DNA from: an uncultured Rubrobacteraceae bacterium
Lineage (GTDB): Bacteria; Actinomycetota; Rubrobacteria; Rubrobacterales; Rubrobacteraceae
Length of the DNA stretch: 64,000 nt
Direction of reading: 5' to 3'
Assembly: GCA_963800975.1 (NCBI GenBank)
Contig: CAWDDB010000013.1
Coordinates: 110,057-174,056, forward strand
The notes beneath the pieces were generated by a model. It was given only the letters and a program-made list of their open reading frames with translations. It had not been told where the DNA came from and searched no databases. Of this stretch, positions 19,933 through 28,949 are shown in pieces (the first letter of the stretch is position 1; every line of letters starts with the position of its first letter). A program made the translations under genes and the position numbers.

Positions 19933-21051
19933 GTGGCCTTCGACTGGTTCCGCGGCGGACGCCGCGTGCCCATACTGCGCGAGGCGAGAGAAGGCCAGGA
20001 GCCGCCCACCCGGTACCCTCTAGTCTCGGTCGTCGTGGCCGCCAGGGACGAGGTGGAGGGCGTCGAGGAGGCCGCCCGCTCCGTCCTCTCTCAGTCCTAC
20101 CCTGGCCGCCTGGAGCTGGTCGCCGTCAACGACCGCTCGACCGACGGCACGGGCGCCGTCCTGGCCCGGCTCGTCTCCGAACGGCCCGACGCCGTAAAGG
20201 TGCTCAGGGTAGACGAGCTGCCGGACGGGTGGCTTGGCAAGAACCACGCGCTCTACATTGGCGCCGAAGAGTCAGGCGGCGAGTGGCTCCTGTTCACCGA
20301 CGCCGATGTACGCTTCGCCGCGGACTGCCTGGAGAACGCGGTAACCTACGCCCTGAGCGAGGGCCTCGACCATCTGGCGCTCGCCCCCGAGATCATCTCC
20401 CGAGGCGTCGCCCTGAAGAGCTTCGTGGCGGCCTTCTCCCTCGTTTTCGAGGTCACCCAGAGACCATGGCGCGCCTCCGACCCGCGGGCGCGGGAGGCCA
20501 TCGGGGTCGGGGCGTTCAACCTGGTCAGGCGCGAGGCCTACGTCCGCTCGGGTACCCACAGCGCCATCCGCATGCGCCCGGATGACGATATGAGGATCGC
20601 CAGGCTCCTCAAGGATGCGGGCTTCAGGCAGGGCGTAGCCTACGGAACGGGCTCCGTGTGCGTCGAGTGGCACAAGACGGTCGCGGGCGCCGTGCGCGGC
20701 CTCGAGAAGAGCATGTTCGCCGGGACGGATTACCGGCTCCCGCTCGTCCTCTTTGCCTCGCTCGCGCTCTTCCTGACCAACGTGCTCCCCTTCGCCGGCG
20801 TGTTCCTCGCCCGTCGCGCCGTGACGCGGCTTCTCTTCGGCTCGAACGTGGGACTGGTGGTAGCGATGTACGTTCAAGGAGCGAGGCGGTCGGGCACACA
20901 ACTCTCACCTCTCTACGCCACGCTGCACCCCTTCGGCATCGGTGTGTTTATCTACGCGATGCTCAGGTCCGCATACAGGGTCCTGGCCGGCGGCGGCATC
21001 GAGTGGCGCGGCACAAAGTATCCGCTGGATCTCCTGCAAGAACCGCACTAA
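19933..21051 (+). CDS. Family 2 glycosyltransferase, membrane-associated (ceramide-glucosyltransferase/HpnI-like layout)
   Basis: VSVVVAARDE...VNDRSTDGT...FTDADV are GT2 motifs, and there are C-terminal TM helices. A hydrophobic helix continues in frame upstream of GTG 19933 without a canonical start, so the start is uncertain. Confidence 0.8.
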   Translation: MAFDWFRGGRRVPILREAREGQEPPTRYPLVSVVVAARDEVEGVEEAARSVLSQSYPGRLELVAVNDRSTDGTGAVLARLVSERPDAVKVLRVDELPDGWLGKNHALYIGAEESGGEWLLFTDADVRFAADCLENAVTYALSEGLDHLALAPEIISRGVALKSFVAAFSLVFEVTQRPWRASDPRAREAIGVGAFNLVRREAYVRSGTHSAIRMRPDDDMRIARLLKDAGFRQGVAYGTGSVCVEWHKTVAGAVRGLEKSMFAGTDYRLPLVLFASLALFLTNVLPFAGVFLARRAVTRLLFGSNVGLVVAMYVQGARRSGTQLSPLYATLHPFGIGVFIYAMLRSAYRVLAGGGIEWRGTKYPLDLLQEPH

Positions 21052-21222
21052 CGTCATAAACGTTGTCTGCAAACGCCGACCGCCTCGCGGTAGCTTCCGG
21101 ACGTCTTTCCGCACGCCACGGCATACAGGATCGCGGACAGCGGGGATCGCGACACCTCGCAACGGATCGTTGCTACCGGCTGTGCGGGTCGTGGCGAGCG
21201 GCGGCCCCGATCGCGCGCTGCA

Positions 21223-21274
21223 GGGGTACCGGGGCGGGGGTAGGGGGGGCCTGGAGGACCGGGGCCGGGCGGGG
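21223..21274 (+). other. Dense G-run cluster (potential G-quadruplex-forming tract)
   Basis: Seven runs of 3-7 G fall within 52 nt (GGGG tacc GGGG c GGGGG ta GGGGGGG ... GGGG cc GGG c GGGG), in an intergenic gap between convergent genes. Confidence 0.4.
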
Positions 21275-21335
21275 ATTGCTACCGCGAACTGCCGAGAACG
21301 CCCCTACTAGGCACCTCGGTGGATAGGGGCGAAGA

Positions 21336-21362
21336 GGGGCCGGAGCGTCGTACCCCGGCCCC
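21336..21362. terminator. GC-rich hairpin between convergent genes
   Basis: GGGGCCGG (21336-43) pairs with CCGGCCCC (21355-62) around an 11-nt loop. It lies just downstream of the minus-strand small ORF stop at 21388. Confidence 0.4.
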
Positions 21363-21387
21363 CCCGTGGCCGCCTGCGTTGGGTCTG

Positions 21388-21555
21388 CTACCTCAGCGGC
21401 GGGAAGTCGGCGCAGGTTGCCGCCACGCGGATCTCGGTATCCCCCGTGAAGGTTACCGTCCATAGATTGTCTATGAAGAGCGTCACCACCGCGCCCCCGA
21501 ACAGGGCCATCCCCTTGACCAACCACAACGCCTTCCTTGCCGCGCTCTTGAGCAT
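21388..21555 (-). CDS. Small hypothetical membrane protein (55 aa)
   Basis: ATG 21555 is preceded by AAAGGAGG. MLKSAARKALWLVKGMALFGGAVVTLFIDNLW... contains one hydrophobic helix. The upstream part of ORF 21388..21750 looks non-coding. Confidence 0.4.
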   Translation of the reverse strand: MLKSAARKALWLVKGMALFGGAVVTLFIDNLWTVTFTGDTEIRVAATCADFPPLR

Positions 21556-21628
21556 TATCACTTCCGTGCCTCCTTTGTCTTCGCTTTCGCACGACCGGGG
21601 ACAGCGTAGGTGACGGAGGGGGCGGGTG

Positions 21629-21648
21629 AATGGCAGGTTTCTGCCATT
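21629..21648. repeat. Hairpin AATGGCAG-GTTT-CTGCCATT
   Basis: Perfect 8-bp stem. It shares the stem core ATGGCAG/CTGCCAT with the hairpin at 24943-24968. Confidence 0.5.
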
Positions 21649-21800
21649 TCTCGGCGCCACCGCGGGACGAATGGCCCGTCGGACCGGGGCCACGCCGACT
21701 TCCGAGGACCCGTTGAAAGCGAAGGTGGGTGAATGAGCCTGACAGCGCACAAGAGAAGGTCGGGACTATTAGGCCATACACGATGGGTGCGAAAAAGGGT

Positions 21801-22241
21801 TCACCTGGCGTGCTCCACCAGCTTAGCCTCCAGGCCGATCTCCTCCACGCCCGCCAGGGCTTTGGATACCGCGCAGTCGCGCTTGGCATCCTCGGCCTTC
21901 TCCAGGAAAAGCTTCTTATCGACACCCGGGACCACGGCCTCCGTGCGCAGGTCGATCCGGGTGATGGCGTACCCCTCCCCCACGCGCCCGAAACGCACCC
22001 GAGCTTCGGTATGGATGCGCTCCGGGGAGTACCCGTCCGCAGAAAGCCTGCGCGCCAGGGACATCGAAAAGCAGCCGGCGTGCGCCGCGCCCAGCAACTC
22101 CTCGGGATTCGTGCCGGGACCCTCCTCCATGCGAGAGCGGTAGGAGTAAGCCCCTTCAAAGGCGCCGCTTCCTAGTCTCATCTTGCCTTCGCCGTCGCGA
22201 AATGTGCCGTGCCACGCGGCTTCCGCTTTGTGTATCGGCAT
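21801..22241 (-). CDS. osmC: OsmC family peroxiredoxin
   Basis: 146 aa, with the two conserved Cys contexts (AHAGCFSMSLA and KRDCAVSKAL) typical of OsmC. Confidence 0.9.
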   Translation of the reverse strand: MPIHKAEAAWHGTFRDGEGKMRLGSGAFEGAYSYRSRMEEGPGTNPEELLGAAHAGCFSMSLARRLSADGYSPERIHTEARVRFGRVGEGYAITRIDLRTEAVVPGVDKKLFLEKAEDAKRDCAVSKALAGVEEIGLEAKLVEHAR

Positions 22242-22483
22242 CGGCTCCTCCTTTCATCGATGCACCCTCAGCGCCTCGCCCGCCCGTCGGGTGCCCACAC
22301 AGCTTACCCCTTCCGGACCAGAAGCATTCCACACTCAGGACCTTTTGAGAACCCATTTTCCACGCATTCCGGTGAGTAATGCCGGAGGGCAGATCACCCC
22401 CTTGACAGATCGTGTTGCAGGAGCGACGATACAAATACCCCCCTAGGGTATAGATAGTGGCTTAGAGCAGGAGGGCAGGCAAG

Positions 22484-23059
22484 ATGGAGCAGACGCACGT
22501 TCCGCGGCGCTGGACCGACGTACTGAAGCACCGCTGGCCGACCGTGCTTGGCCTCGCTGTCGCCGCGCTGACCGCCTTCGACCTGGAAGTCGACGCCGGG
22601 TTCGTCTCCTCGCTTTCGGCGCTCGTCGCGCTCATGGCGTTCGTCTACGTTGGCGCCGCGGTCCTCGACCGGCGTCGCTCCGCTTGGGGGGTGTTCCTGG
22701 CCGCGTTCGCGGTCGTGGCCCTAACTCAAGTACTCGACCTAGCGATAAACCTCCCTTTGGTTTTCCTGGTCGTCGCGCTCGCCTTCCTGGTGCTGGCGGC
22801 GGCCCGTGGGCGGTTGCGCGGACGCAGCGACCTCACCCTCGAAGCCGCCGGGATGCTCGCGTTCGGCGCGACCGCGCTGGCGGCGTACTACGTGGATCCC
22901 ACGCTGGGCGGGTACCTCGTGGCCTTCGCCCTCCTCGGCCACGCCGCGTGGGACGCAATCCATTACCTCAGGGACAGGGTGGTCGCGCGTTCGTACGCGG
23001 AGTTCTGCGGAATTCTCGACCTCGTTGTGGGTGTGGCCATCCTCTGGTTCCTGGCGTAG
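22484..23059 (+). CDS. Hypothetical integral membrane protein
   Basis: 191 aa with five to six hydrophobic helices. No recognisable family. Confidence 0.6.
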   Translation: MEQTHVPRRWTDVLKHRWPTVLGLAVAALTAFDLEVDAGFVSSLSALVALMAFVYVGAAVLDRRRSAWGVFLAAFAVVALTQVLDLAINLPLVFLVVALAFLVLAAARGRLRGRSDLTLEAAGMLAFGATALAAYYVDPTLGGYLVAFALLGHAAWDAIHYLRDRVVARSYAEFCGILDLVVGVAILWFLA

Positions 23060-23133
23060 TGGAGCTTCGCCTGAGAGTCAGAACCTGGCGCGGGGTGTTG
23101 CACGGAGGGCGGGCCCGGTCGTGGATGCAAGCT

Positions 23134-23174
23134 TCCGAGAACACCTGCCGTCCACGCACTCCGGTGAATAGGGG
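23134..23174 (+). repeat. 41-bp repeat, copy 1 (TCCGAGAACACCTGCCGTCCACGCACTCCGGTGAATAGGGG)
   Basis: 35/41 identical to 24151-24191. Lies 18 nt beyond the stop of the minus-strand MOSC gene. Confidence 0.7.
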
Positions 23175-23191
23175 TGAGGGGGCGGGCGACC

Positions 23192-24031
23192 CTACGCCAG
23201 CGCCTCGACGCGGTCGCCGGTTCGGATCCTGCCGCTCGAGAGCACGTCGGCTCGCAACCCGCCCCGGTGTACGAGGCCGCGCAGCACCCCGGGCCGCGTC
23301 AGTCGTTCGAGGTGCGAGCAAGGCTCGCACCGTCGCTGGCCGAAGCACTCGACCTCGCCTACCCGGAAGCGCCGTCCGATAAGGTCGTCCAGCGCGATGC
23401 CTTTCACGACGATGTTGCGCCGCGCCTCGATCGGCGCCAGCTCGACGCCTCTTGCGGATAATTCCCCTAGCGCTTCGGCCTCCACCAGCGTGAGATCGTA
23501 GCCGCGTCCGCGCGGGTTCGAAAACGTCCCGGCCCCGCGCACGTAGCGGTCGCCCCGCAGGCCGCGTCCCTCGACCGCCTCCGCTTCGGACACCGCTCGC
23601 ATGGGGCCTTCGGCTTCGGCGGCCAGCGCGATCAGTTCGACCGTGCCAACGCTCTCGGTCCCCCGACCGGGTTCGGCCCCTCGTTGCGCGTCGTGCTGCG
23701 CGAGCACGAACGCGGCATCCATAGTGGCGTCTTGCTTGTTCCCGTCCGGCTCGGCCAGGGGATCGTGGACGATGCCGGGAGGCGAGCCGAAGTAGACCGC
23801 CCAGGTCGAGGAGTCGCGCTTGAGACCGAGGAAGTGCCCGGGCCAATCGAAGGTCTCGGGGGAGGCGACGGGCACGAGACCGAGGTTCCTCGAGGCGAGC
23901 CACTGGCCTATGTTGGCTTCCCGTTTCGTCGGCACCTCGGAGACGTCGATGTCGAGCATTCGTGCGACGCACGCCCTGAGCGAGGTTTCCTTGCGATCAC
24001 CCACGGAAGCCAAGGTGCTACTCCCTTCCAC
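23192..24031 (-). CDS. MOSC domain protein with an uncharacterised ~120-aa N-terminal domain
   Basis: The C-terminal half (GDRY...NIVVKGI...RRCEPCSHLE...GGLRADVLSSGRIRTGD) fits the MOSC beta-barrel with its conserved Cys. The N-terminal domain (SLRACVARMLDIDVSEVP...) is unassigned. Confidence 0.75.
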   Translation of the reverse strand: MEGSSTLASVGDRKETSLRACVARMLDIDVSEVPTKREANIGQWLASRNLGLVPVASPETFDWPGHFLGLKRDSSTWAVYFGSPPGIVHDPLAEPDGNKQDATMDAAFVLAQHDAQRGAEPGRGTESVGTVELIALAAEAEGPMRAVSEAEAVEGRGLRGDRYVRGAGTFSNPRGRGYDLTLVEAEALGELSARGVELAPIEARRNIVVKGIALDDLIGRRFRVGEVECFGQRRCEPCSHLERLTRPGVLRGLVHRGGLRADVLSSGRIRTGDRVEALA

Positions 24032-24150
24032 GCGCCACCAGCTGCGCGTAGCCTAGACGTGGTGGGGAGAGGATACAAGGCGCGGCGAAGGTGTCGGGCA
24101 TCCTTCGGAGAGACGATCTCCCCACAGCCTCGAAGCGGCGATGTTCAGTA

Positions 24151-24191
24151 TCCGAGACCGCCTACCTTCTACGCACTCCAGTGAATAGGGG
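24151..24191 (+). repeat. 41-bp repeat, copy 2 (TCCGAGACCGCCTACCTTCTACGCACTCCAGTGAATAGGGG)
   Basis: 35/41 identical to 23134-23174. Contains the end of a 15-codon ATG-initiated micro-ORF (24141-24188, MFSIRDRLPSTHSSE). Confidence 0.7.
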
Positions 24192-24276
24192 CGGGAAGGC
24201 GATGACCTCCGGGGCGAAGTCATCGCGGTGGACGGTCATGAGCACCGGCTTGGTGCGATCCCTCTCGCCTCGGAGA

Positions 24277-24873
24277 TCATCGCCCGGCCTCCCGGCGAGC
24301 CCGCCGGGTCGCAAGCAGCATCCGCACCAGGTAAAGCGGCGAAGGCGGGGTCCAGCCGAGCTGCGTCGCCGTGCCGAGGTCGTCCCTGTTGGCCCAGTGC
24401 TCGATGACCTTCCCGTCGGCTACGCGGAACCAGTGCGTCTGGGTGGTGGCGAACCGCCTGCCTGTGGGCGGGAACGCCTGCGCGGGGCGCGCGTTGGCAT
24501 CGTAGCCGACGAAGGTTCCGGTTTGCCTGCCAGACATCGTGGCGTGCAAAACGACCGTGTCGCCCTCTGCGACCACTTCGTGGACGTCCCAGCGCAGCTC
24601 GGCGTAGGCGTCGCGCAGCCACAGCGCGGTGGCGTAGAAGGCCGCGGGCCCGCGGCCGCGGCTGGCGGGCGGCTCGTCTACGTCCTCGCGGTTGCGGGCG
24701 TCGGGGTGGACGATGGCCTCGAAGTCTTCTAGCGTACCGTTGGCCATGATTTGGACCGAGCGGACGCACAGCTCCTTGGGGTCGTCGCGGGTGGAGTCCA
24801 TGAACGATCCTTTCCGCTGTCCTTGCTCATCGTAGACGCGACGGATGACGGCCTTGTTCTCATTAGACGACAT
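24277..24873 (-). CDS. Ester cyclase / SnoaL-like (NTF2-fold) protein
   Basis: NKAVIRRVYDE..., LHATMSGRQTGTF and GKVIEHWANRD are typical ester-cyclase patterns. Has a basic/hydrophobic C-terminal tail. Confidence 0.7.
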   Translation of the reverse strand: MSSNENKAVIRRVYDEQGQRKGSFMDSTRDDPKELCVRSVQIMANGTLEDFEAIVHPDARNREDVDEPPASRGRGPAAFYATALWLRDAYAELRWDVHEVVAEGDTVVLHATMSGRQTGTFVGYDANARPAQAFPPTGRRFATTQTHWFRVADGKVIEHWANRDDLGTATQLGWTPPSPLYLVRMLLATRRARREAGR

Positions 24874-24942
24874 GGTGCTCTCCTCTCGGTTTCGGGGCCT
24901 CTTGCAGTGTTCGTTAGGAGGGTACCTTGGGGATCCCGGAGC

Positions 24943-24968
24943 GAATATGGCAGAAAACTGCCATATTC
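24943..24968 (-). terminator. Perfect 11-bp hairpin downstream of the second ester-cyclase gene
   Basis: GAATATGGCAG-AAAA-CTGCCATATTC. On the minus strand the loop is UUUU. Lies 85 nt after the stop at 25053. Confidence 0.55.
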
Positions 24969-25052
24969 ACGCTGCTGGGGCGAATAGGGGCCAGGGAAGG
25001 AGAACCGACCATGCGGCGGCGCGGAGGGCTCTACCACGGGGCGTTGCCAATC

Positions 25053-25484
25053 CTAGGGCTCCGGTACGGCTCCCACCTGGCGCAGCGCCCCTAGCAGGTC
25101 GAACTCGGCCCTCTCTTCGACTATCTTGCCGCTGCTCTCGTCGAAGCGGTCTATCTGGATGCCCGTGAACGTCACCCGGTTTCCCGTTCCGCCAACACCG
25201 AAGAAGTCCCCCCGGTGGGTGCCCCGAACCGTCCAGCGGCTCACGACCTTCTGCCCTTCGGCTAGCTGCTCATCGACGGTGCAGGTGAGGTCGGGGAAGG
25301 CGTTGCGGAACCACACTATGTTTTCCTTCACGGTGTGCGCTCCGCGGACCTCTCCTGCCTCGATGTACGGGTCGTAACGGACGAAGTCGGGGTCGAGCAG
25401 GTCGTCCACCAGTTCCGGCCTGCCCCCTCCGAATGACTCCTCCATCAAGCGACGCACCGTTTCCTTGTTCTCTTGCGCGGACAT
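25053..25484 (-). CDS. Ester cyclase / SnoaL-like (NTF2-fold) protein
   Basis: 143 aa with NKETVRRLMEE, VSRWTVRGTHRGDFFG and GKIVEE. Confidence 0.8.
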   Translation of the reverse strand: MSAQENKETVRRLMEESFGGGRPELVDDLLDPDFVRYDPYIEAGEVRGAHTVKENIVWFRNAFPDLTCTVDEQLAEGQKVVSRWTVRGTHRGDFFGVGGTGNRVTFTGIQIDRFDESSGKIVEERAEFDLLGALRQVGAVPEP

Positions 25485-25608
25485 ACGTACTCCTCTCCGC
25501 TCTTCCCCTACGGCCGTATGCTAGTCCAATAGGCAACCACAGATAAAAGGCACACAACGTTACTGGTGGCGCGTGGGGTCGCGGGAGACCATTCGTATCT
25601 GAGGCTTA

Positions 25609-25617
25609 TGCTAGAGT
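25609..25617 (+). promoter_or_regulatory. Candidate extended -10 (TGCTAGAGT) for the mutase gene
   Basis: TGn + TAGAGT lies 37 nt upstream of GTG 25654. The same TGCTA-type box occurs at 27862 and 38091. Confidence 0.4.
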
Positions 25618-25653
25618 CTGGGCAAAGGGAGCGGACACACCGGAGGGCATGCC

Positions 25654-27297
25654 GTGGACACCAAGAAAGGCGCGAGCGAGCGCTGGGAAGAAGCCTACTC
25701 GAAGAACCCCGAGCGCGACGCCGAGTACTCGACGATGTCCGGCATCCCCGTCAAGCCGCTCTACACGCCCGAGGACGTCGAAGGCTCCTACGACGAAAAG
25801 CTTGGCTTTCCTGGGGAGTACCCGTACACGCGCGGCGTCTACCCGAACATGTACAGGGGGCGCCTGTGGACCGTCCGGCAGTTCGCGGGCTTCGGCGACG
25901 CCGAGGAGACCAACAAGCGGTTCAGGTACCTCATAGACCACGGGCAGAACGGCCTCTCGGTCGCCTTCGACATGCCGACCCTGATGGGACTCGACTCTGA
26001 CTCGCCGCTGTCCCTGGGGGAGGTCGGGACCGAGGGCGTGGCGGTCGACTCGCTCGCGGACGTGGAGCGGCTCTTCGAGGGCATCCCGATGCGTGAGATC
26101 ACGACCTCCATGACCATAAACGCCCCCGCGATGGTGCTCCTAGCGATGTACGTCGTCGCCGCCGAGAAGCAGGGCGTCTCGCCGGAGGAGCTAGGCGGCA
26201 CGAACCAGAACGACATCCTCAAGGAGTACATAGCCCAGAAGGAGTGGCTCTTCCCGCCGGCCCCCTCGATGCGCGTCTTCAGGGACATGCTCGTCTACGC
26301 GACCGAGCACATGCCGAAGTGGAACACCGTCTCCATCAGCGGCTACCACATCCGTGAGGCGGGGAGCACGGCCGCGCAGGAGCTCGCCTTCACGCTGGCC
26401 GACGGCTTCGCCTACGTCGAGGCCGGTATCGAGGCTGGCCTCGACGTCGACGACTTCGCCCCGCGTTTCTCGTTCTTCTTCAACTCGCACATAGACTTCT
26501 TCGAGGAGATCGCCAAGTTCCGCGCGGCGCGGCGCATCTGGGCGACCGTGCTGAAGGAGAAGTACGGCGCGAAGAACGAGAAGAGCCTCCTCATGCGCTT
26601 CCACACCCAGACCGCGGGCGTCTCGCTCACGGCCCAGGAGCCCCACAACAACGTCGCCAGGACGGCCTTCGAGGCGCTCGCCGCCATCCTCGGCGGTACG
26701 CAGAGCCTGCACACCAACTCGCTGGACGAGGCCCTGGCGCTGCCGACCGAGGAGGCGGTCAGGATCGCGGTTCGCACGCAGCAGATTGCGGCGCTTGAGA
26801 CCGGCGTGACCAACACCATCGACCCGCTCGGGGGCTCCTACTTCGTCGAGGCGCTGACGGATGAGATCGAGCGCCAGGCCTACGACTACTTCAGGCAGAT
26901 TGACGAGATGGGCGGCATGATAGAGGCCATCGAGGCTGGCTTCCCGATGCGCGAGATCGCCGAGGCCAGCGCCCGCTACCAGCGCGAGCTCGAGGAGAAG
27001 AAGCGCTACATGGTCAACGTCAACGTCTACGAGCCGCAGGACGAGCAGGACGTCGAGACCCACCGCATAGACCCCGAGATCTCGGAACGCCAGCTCCAGC
27101 GCCTGAAAGAGCTGAAGGAGGAGAGGGACAACGACCTGGTCGAGCAAAGGCTCGAAGAGCTCAAGGACACGGCCAGGGGCGACGAGAACACTATGTACCC
27201 GATCATCGAGGCCGTCCGAGCCTACGCGACCGTCGAGGAGATCTCCAAAGCCCTGCAGGAGGTCTTCGGCTCCTACCGCGAGACGCCGGTTATTTGA
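25654..27297 (+). CDS. Methylmalonyl-CoA (acyl-CoA) mutase large subunit, catalytic TIM-barrel domain only (no B12-binding domain)
   Basis: [35 protein letters not shown] and [21 protein letters not shown] are mutase signatures. The ORF ends at 547 aa, before any cobalamin-binding domain. Confidence 0.9.
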   Translation: MDTKKGASERWEEAYSKNPERDAEYSTMSGIPVKPLYTPEDVEGSYDEKLGFPGEYPYTRGVYPNMYRGRLWTVRQFAGFGDAEETNKRFRYLIDHGQNGLSVAFDMPTLMGLDSDSPLSLGEVGTEGVAVDSLADVERLFEGIPMREITTSMTINAPAMVLLAMYVVAAEKQGVSPEELGGTNQNDILKEYIAQKEWLFPPAPSMRVFRDMLVYATEHMPKWNTVSISGYHIREAGSTAAQELAFTLADGFAYVEAGIEAGLDVDDFAPRFSFFFNSHIDFFEEIAKFRAARRIWATVLKEKYGAKNEKSLLMRFHTQTAGVSLTAQEPHNNVARTAFEALAAILGGTQSLHTNSLDEALALPTEEAVRIAVRTQQIAALETGVTNTIDPLGGSYFVEALTDEIERQAYDYFRQIDEMGGMIEAIEAGFPMREIAEASARYQRELEEKKRYMVNVNVYEPQDEQDVETHRIDPEISERQLQRLKELKEERDNDLVEQRLEELKDTARGDENTMYPIIEAVRAYATVEEISKALQEVFGSYRETPVI

Positions 27298-27334
27298 GAC
27301 CGCAGGCTTCGGGCATCAGGTTTCGTCTGCCGGC

Positions 27335-27772
27335 TTGAGCGGGCCCGGGGCATCCGATCCGCTGGAGCGGGTGCGGGCTAGCTTCGAGAAGCAGGGGTTG
27401 ATGCGGCTGCTCGACGCGAGGGTGCTGGAGGCCGGGTCGGGGACCTGCGTCATCGAGGTACCTTTTCGGGATGAGCTGACGCAGCAGGAGCGCTTTTTTC
27501 ATGGGGCGATTACGGGAGCTATCGCGGACACCGCGGGCGGCTACGCGGCGCTCACGCTGGCGCCTCCCGACCGAGAGGTGCTCACGGTCGAGTACAAGGT
27601 CAACTTCCTCGCTCCCGCCGTCGGCGAGAAGCTGGTGGCGCGTGGGGAGGTGCTCACGGCCGGCCGTCGGCTGTTCATCTGCAGGGCCGAGGTGGCCGCC
27701 GTCGCGAGCGGGGAGGAGCGAGCCTGCGCGATGATGCTCCAGACGGTCACGCTCTCGCCCGCGAAGACCTGA
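27335..27772 (+). CDS. PaaI-family (hotdog fold) thioesterase
   Basis: FFHGAITGAIADTAGGYAAL and EYKVNFLAP...LVARGEV fit the PaaI/4HBT pattern. Confidence 0.8.
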   Translation: MSGPGASDPLERVRASFEKQGLMRLLDARVLEAGSGTCVIEVPFRDELTQQERFFHGAITGAIADTAGGYAALTLAPPDREVLTVEYKVNFLAPAVGEKLVARGEVLTAGRRLFICRAEVAAVASGEERACAMMLQTVTLSPAKT

Positions 27773-27861
27773 GACGTCTACCGGATCAGCGGAGGGTAGC
27801 AGACCCGGAACGCACGAAACGCGTGTTCGGGCGGCTCCGACCGTTGGTAGGCTTGGCGGTT

Positions 27862-27870
27862 TGCTAAGAT
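27862..27870 (+). promoter_or_regulatory. Candidate extended -10 (TGCTAAGAT) for the BCKDH operon
   Basis: TGn + TAAGAT lies 73 nt upstream of ATG 27943, which has SD CAGGAGGAGG. Confidence 0.4.
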
Positions 27871-27942
27871 AAAGTCGGTGAAGGAGCGGCTCCGTTCCCG
27901 GTCCCGTTCCTGTCGGGGTGAGCGGCGATCAGGAGGAGGCCT

Positions 27943-28947
27943 ATGGCTGTCGAGGAGACCCGGACCCGCCACCGGTCCCTGGGTCTGGGCGAAGAAGACC
28001 TGTTAAAGATCTACCGCCACATGCTCCTCGCCCGCAGGGTGGACGAGCGGTCCTGGATCCTGAACCGCCAGGGCAAGGCCGCGTTCGTCATCTCTTGCCA
28101 GGGCCAGGAGGGTTGCCAGGTCGGCGCCGCCTACAATCTCAGGCCCGGCTACGATTACGTCTACCCCTATTACCGCGACCACGGCATCGTGATGACCCTC
28201 GGGATGAGCGCGCGCGACGAGCTGCTCGCGCTTCTCGGCAAGAGGGAGGACCCGAGCAGCGCAGGCCGCCAGATGCCTGGCCACTTCTCGAGCCGCGAGC
28301 TCAACATCGTGACGGCCTCGGCCCCGATCGGGGTGCAGTTCCCGCAGGCCACAGGGACTGCCCTGGCCTTCAAGTTGCGCGGCGAGGAGGGTGTCGTCCT
28401 CGCCTGCGGCGGCGAGGCATCCACCAGCGGCGGCGACTGGCACGAGGCGATGAACATGGCCGGCATCCACGACCTGCCCGTCGTCTTCCTGATCCAGAAC
28501 AACGTCTACGCGATCTCCGTCCCGGAGTCGTTTCAGGTCGCCGGCTCCATAGCGAAGCGGGCCGAGGGCTACGGGTTCCCGGGCCACCAGGTGGACGGCA
28601 ACGACGTGCTCGCCGTCTACGAGGTGGCCAGGGAGGCGGTGGAGCGCGCCCGCGCGGGCGAAGGGCCAACCCTCATCGAGGCGAAGACGTACAGGATGAC
28701 GGCCCACTCATCCGACGACGACGACCGCAGGTACCGCGAGCGCGAGGAGATCGAGGAGTGGCGCCGGAAGGACCCGATCCTGCGCTTCGAGAGGTACCTG
28801 CTGCAGAACGGCGTCCTGGACGAGGAGAGGAAAGAGGAGACCTCGGCGGAGATCACAGCCGAGGTCGCCGAGGCGAGCGAGTACGCCGAGAGTGCCCCCT
28901 TCGCGGATCCCGAAGAGGCGCTGGAGCGCGTCTACGCGGAGGCTTAG
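27943..28947 (+). CDS. 2-oxoisovalerate (branched-chain 2-oxoacid) dehydrogenase E1 alpha subunit, TPP-dependent
   Basis: The TPP-binding region GGEASTSGGDWHEAMNMAGIHDLPVVFLIQNNVYAIS and YRMTAHSSDDD are present. Confidence 0.9.
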   Translation: MAVEETRTRHRSLGLGEEDLLKIYRHMLLARRVDERSWILNRQGKAAFVISCQGQEGCQVGAAYNLRPGYDYVYPYYRDHGIVMTLGMSARDELLALLGKREDPSSAGRQMPGHFSSRELNIVTASAPIGVQFPQATGTALAFKLRGEEGVVLACGGEASTSGGDWHEAMNMAGIHDLPVVFLIQNNVYAISVPESFQVAGSIAKRAEGYGFPGHQVDGNDVLAVYEVAREAVERARAGEGPTLIEAKTYRMTAHSSDDDDRRYREREEIEEWRRKDPILRFERYLLQNGVLDEERKEETSAEITAEVAEASEYAESAPFADPEEALERVYAEA

Positions 28948-28949
28948 GG

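Noticed and set aside
24982-24990. A third copy of the GAATAGGGG end of the 41-bp repeat.
   Set aside because: Only the 9-mer matches. The upstream 30 bp and the reading frame (…SRCWGE*) do not align with the two real copies, so this is probably coincidence.
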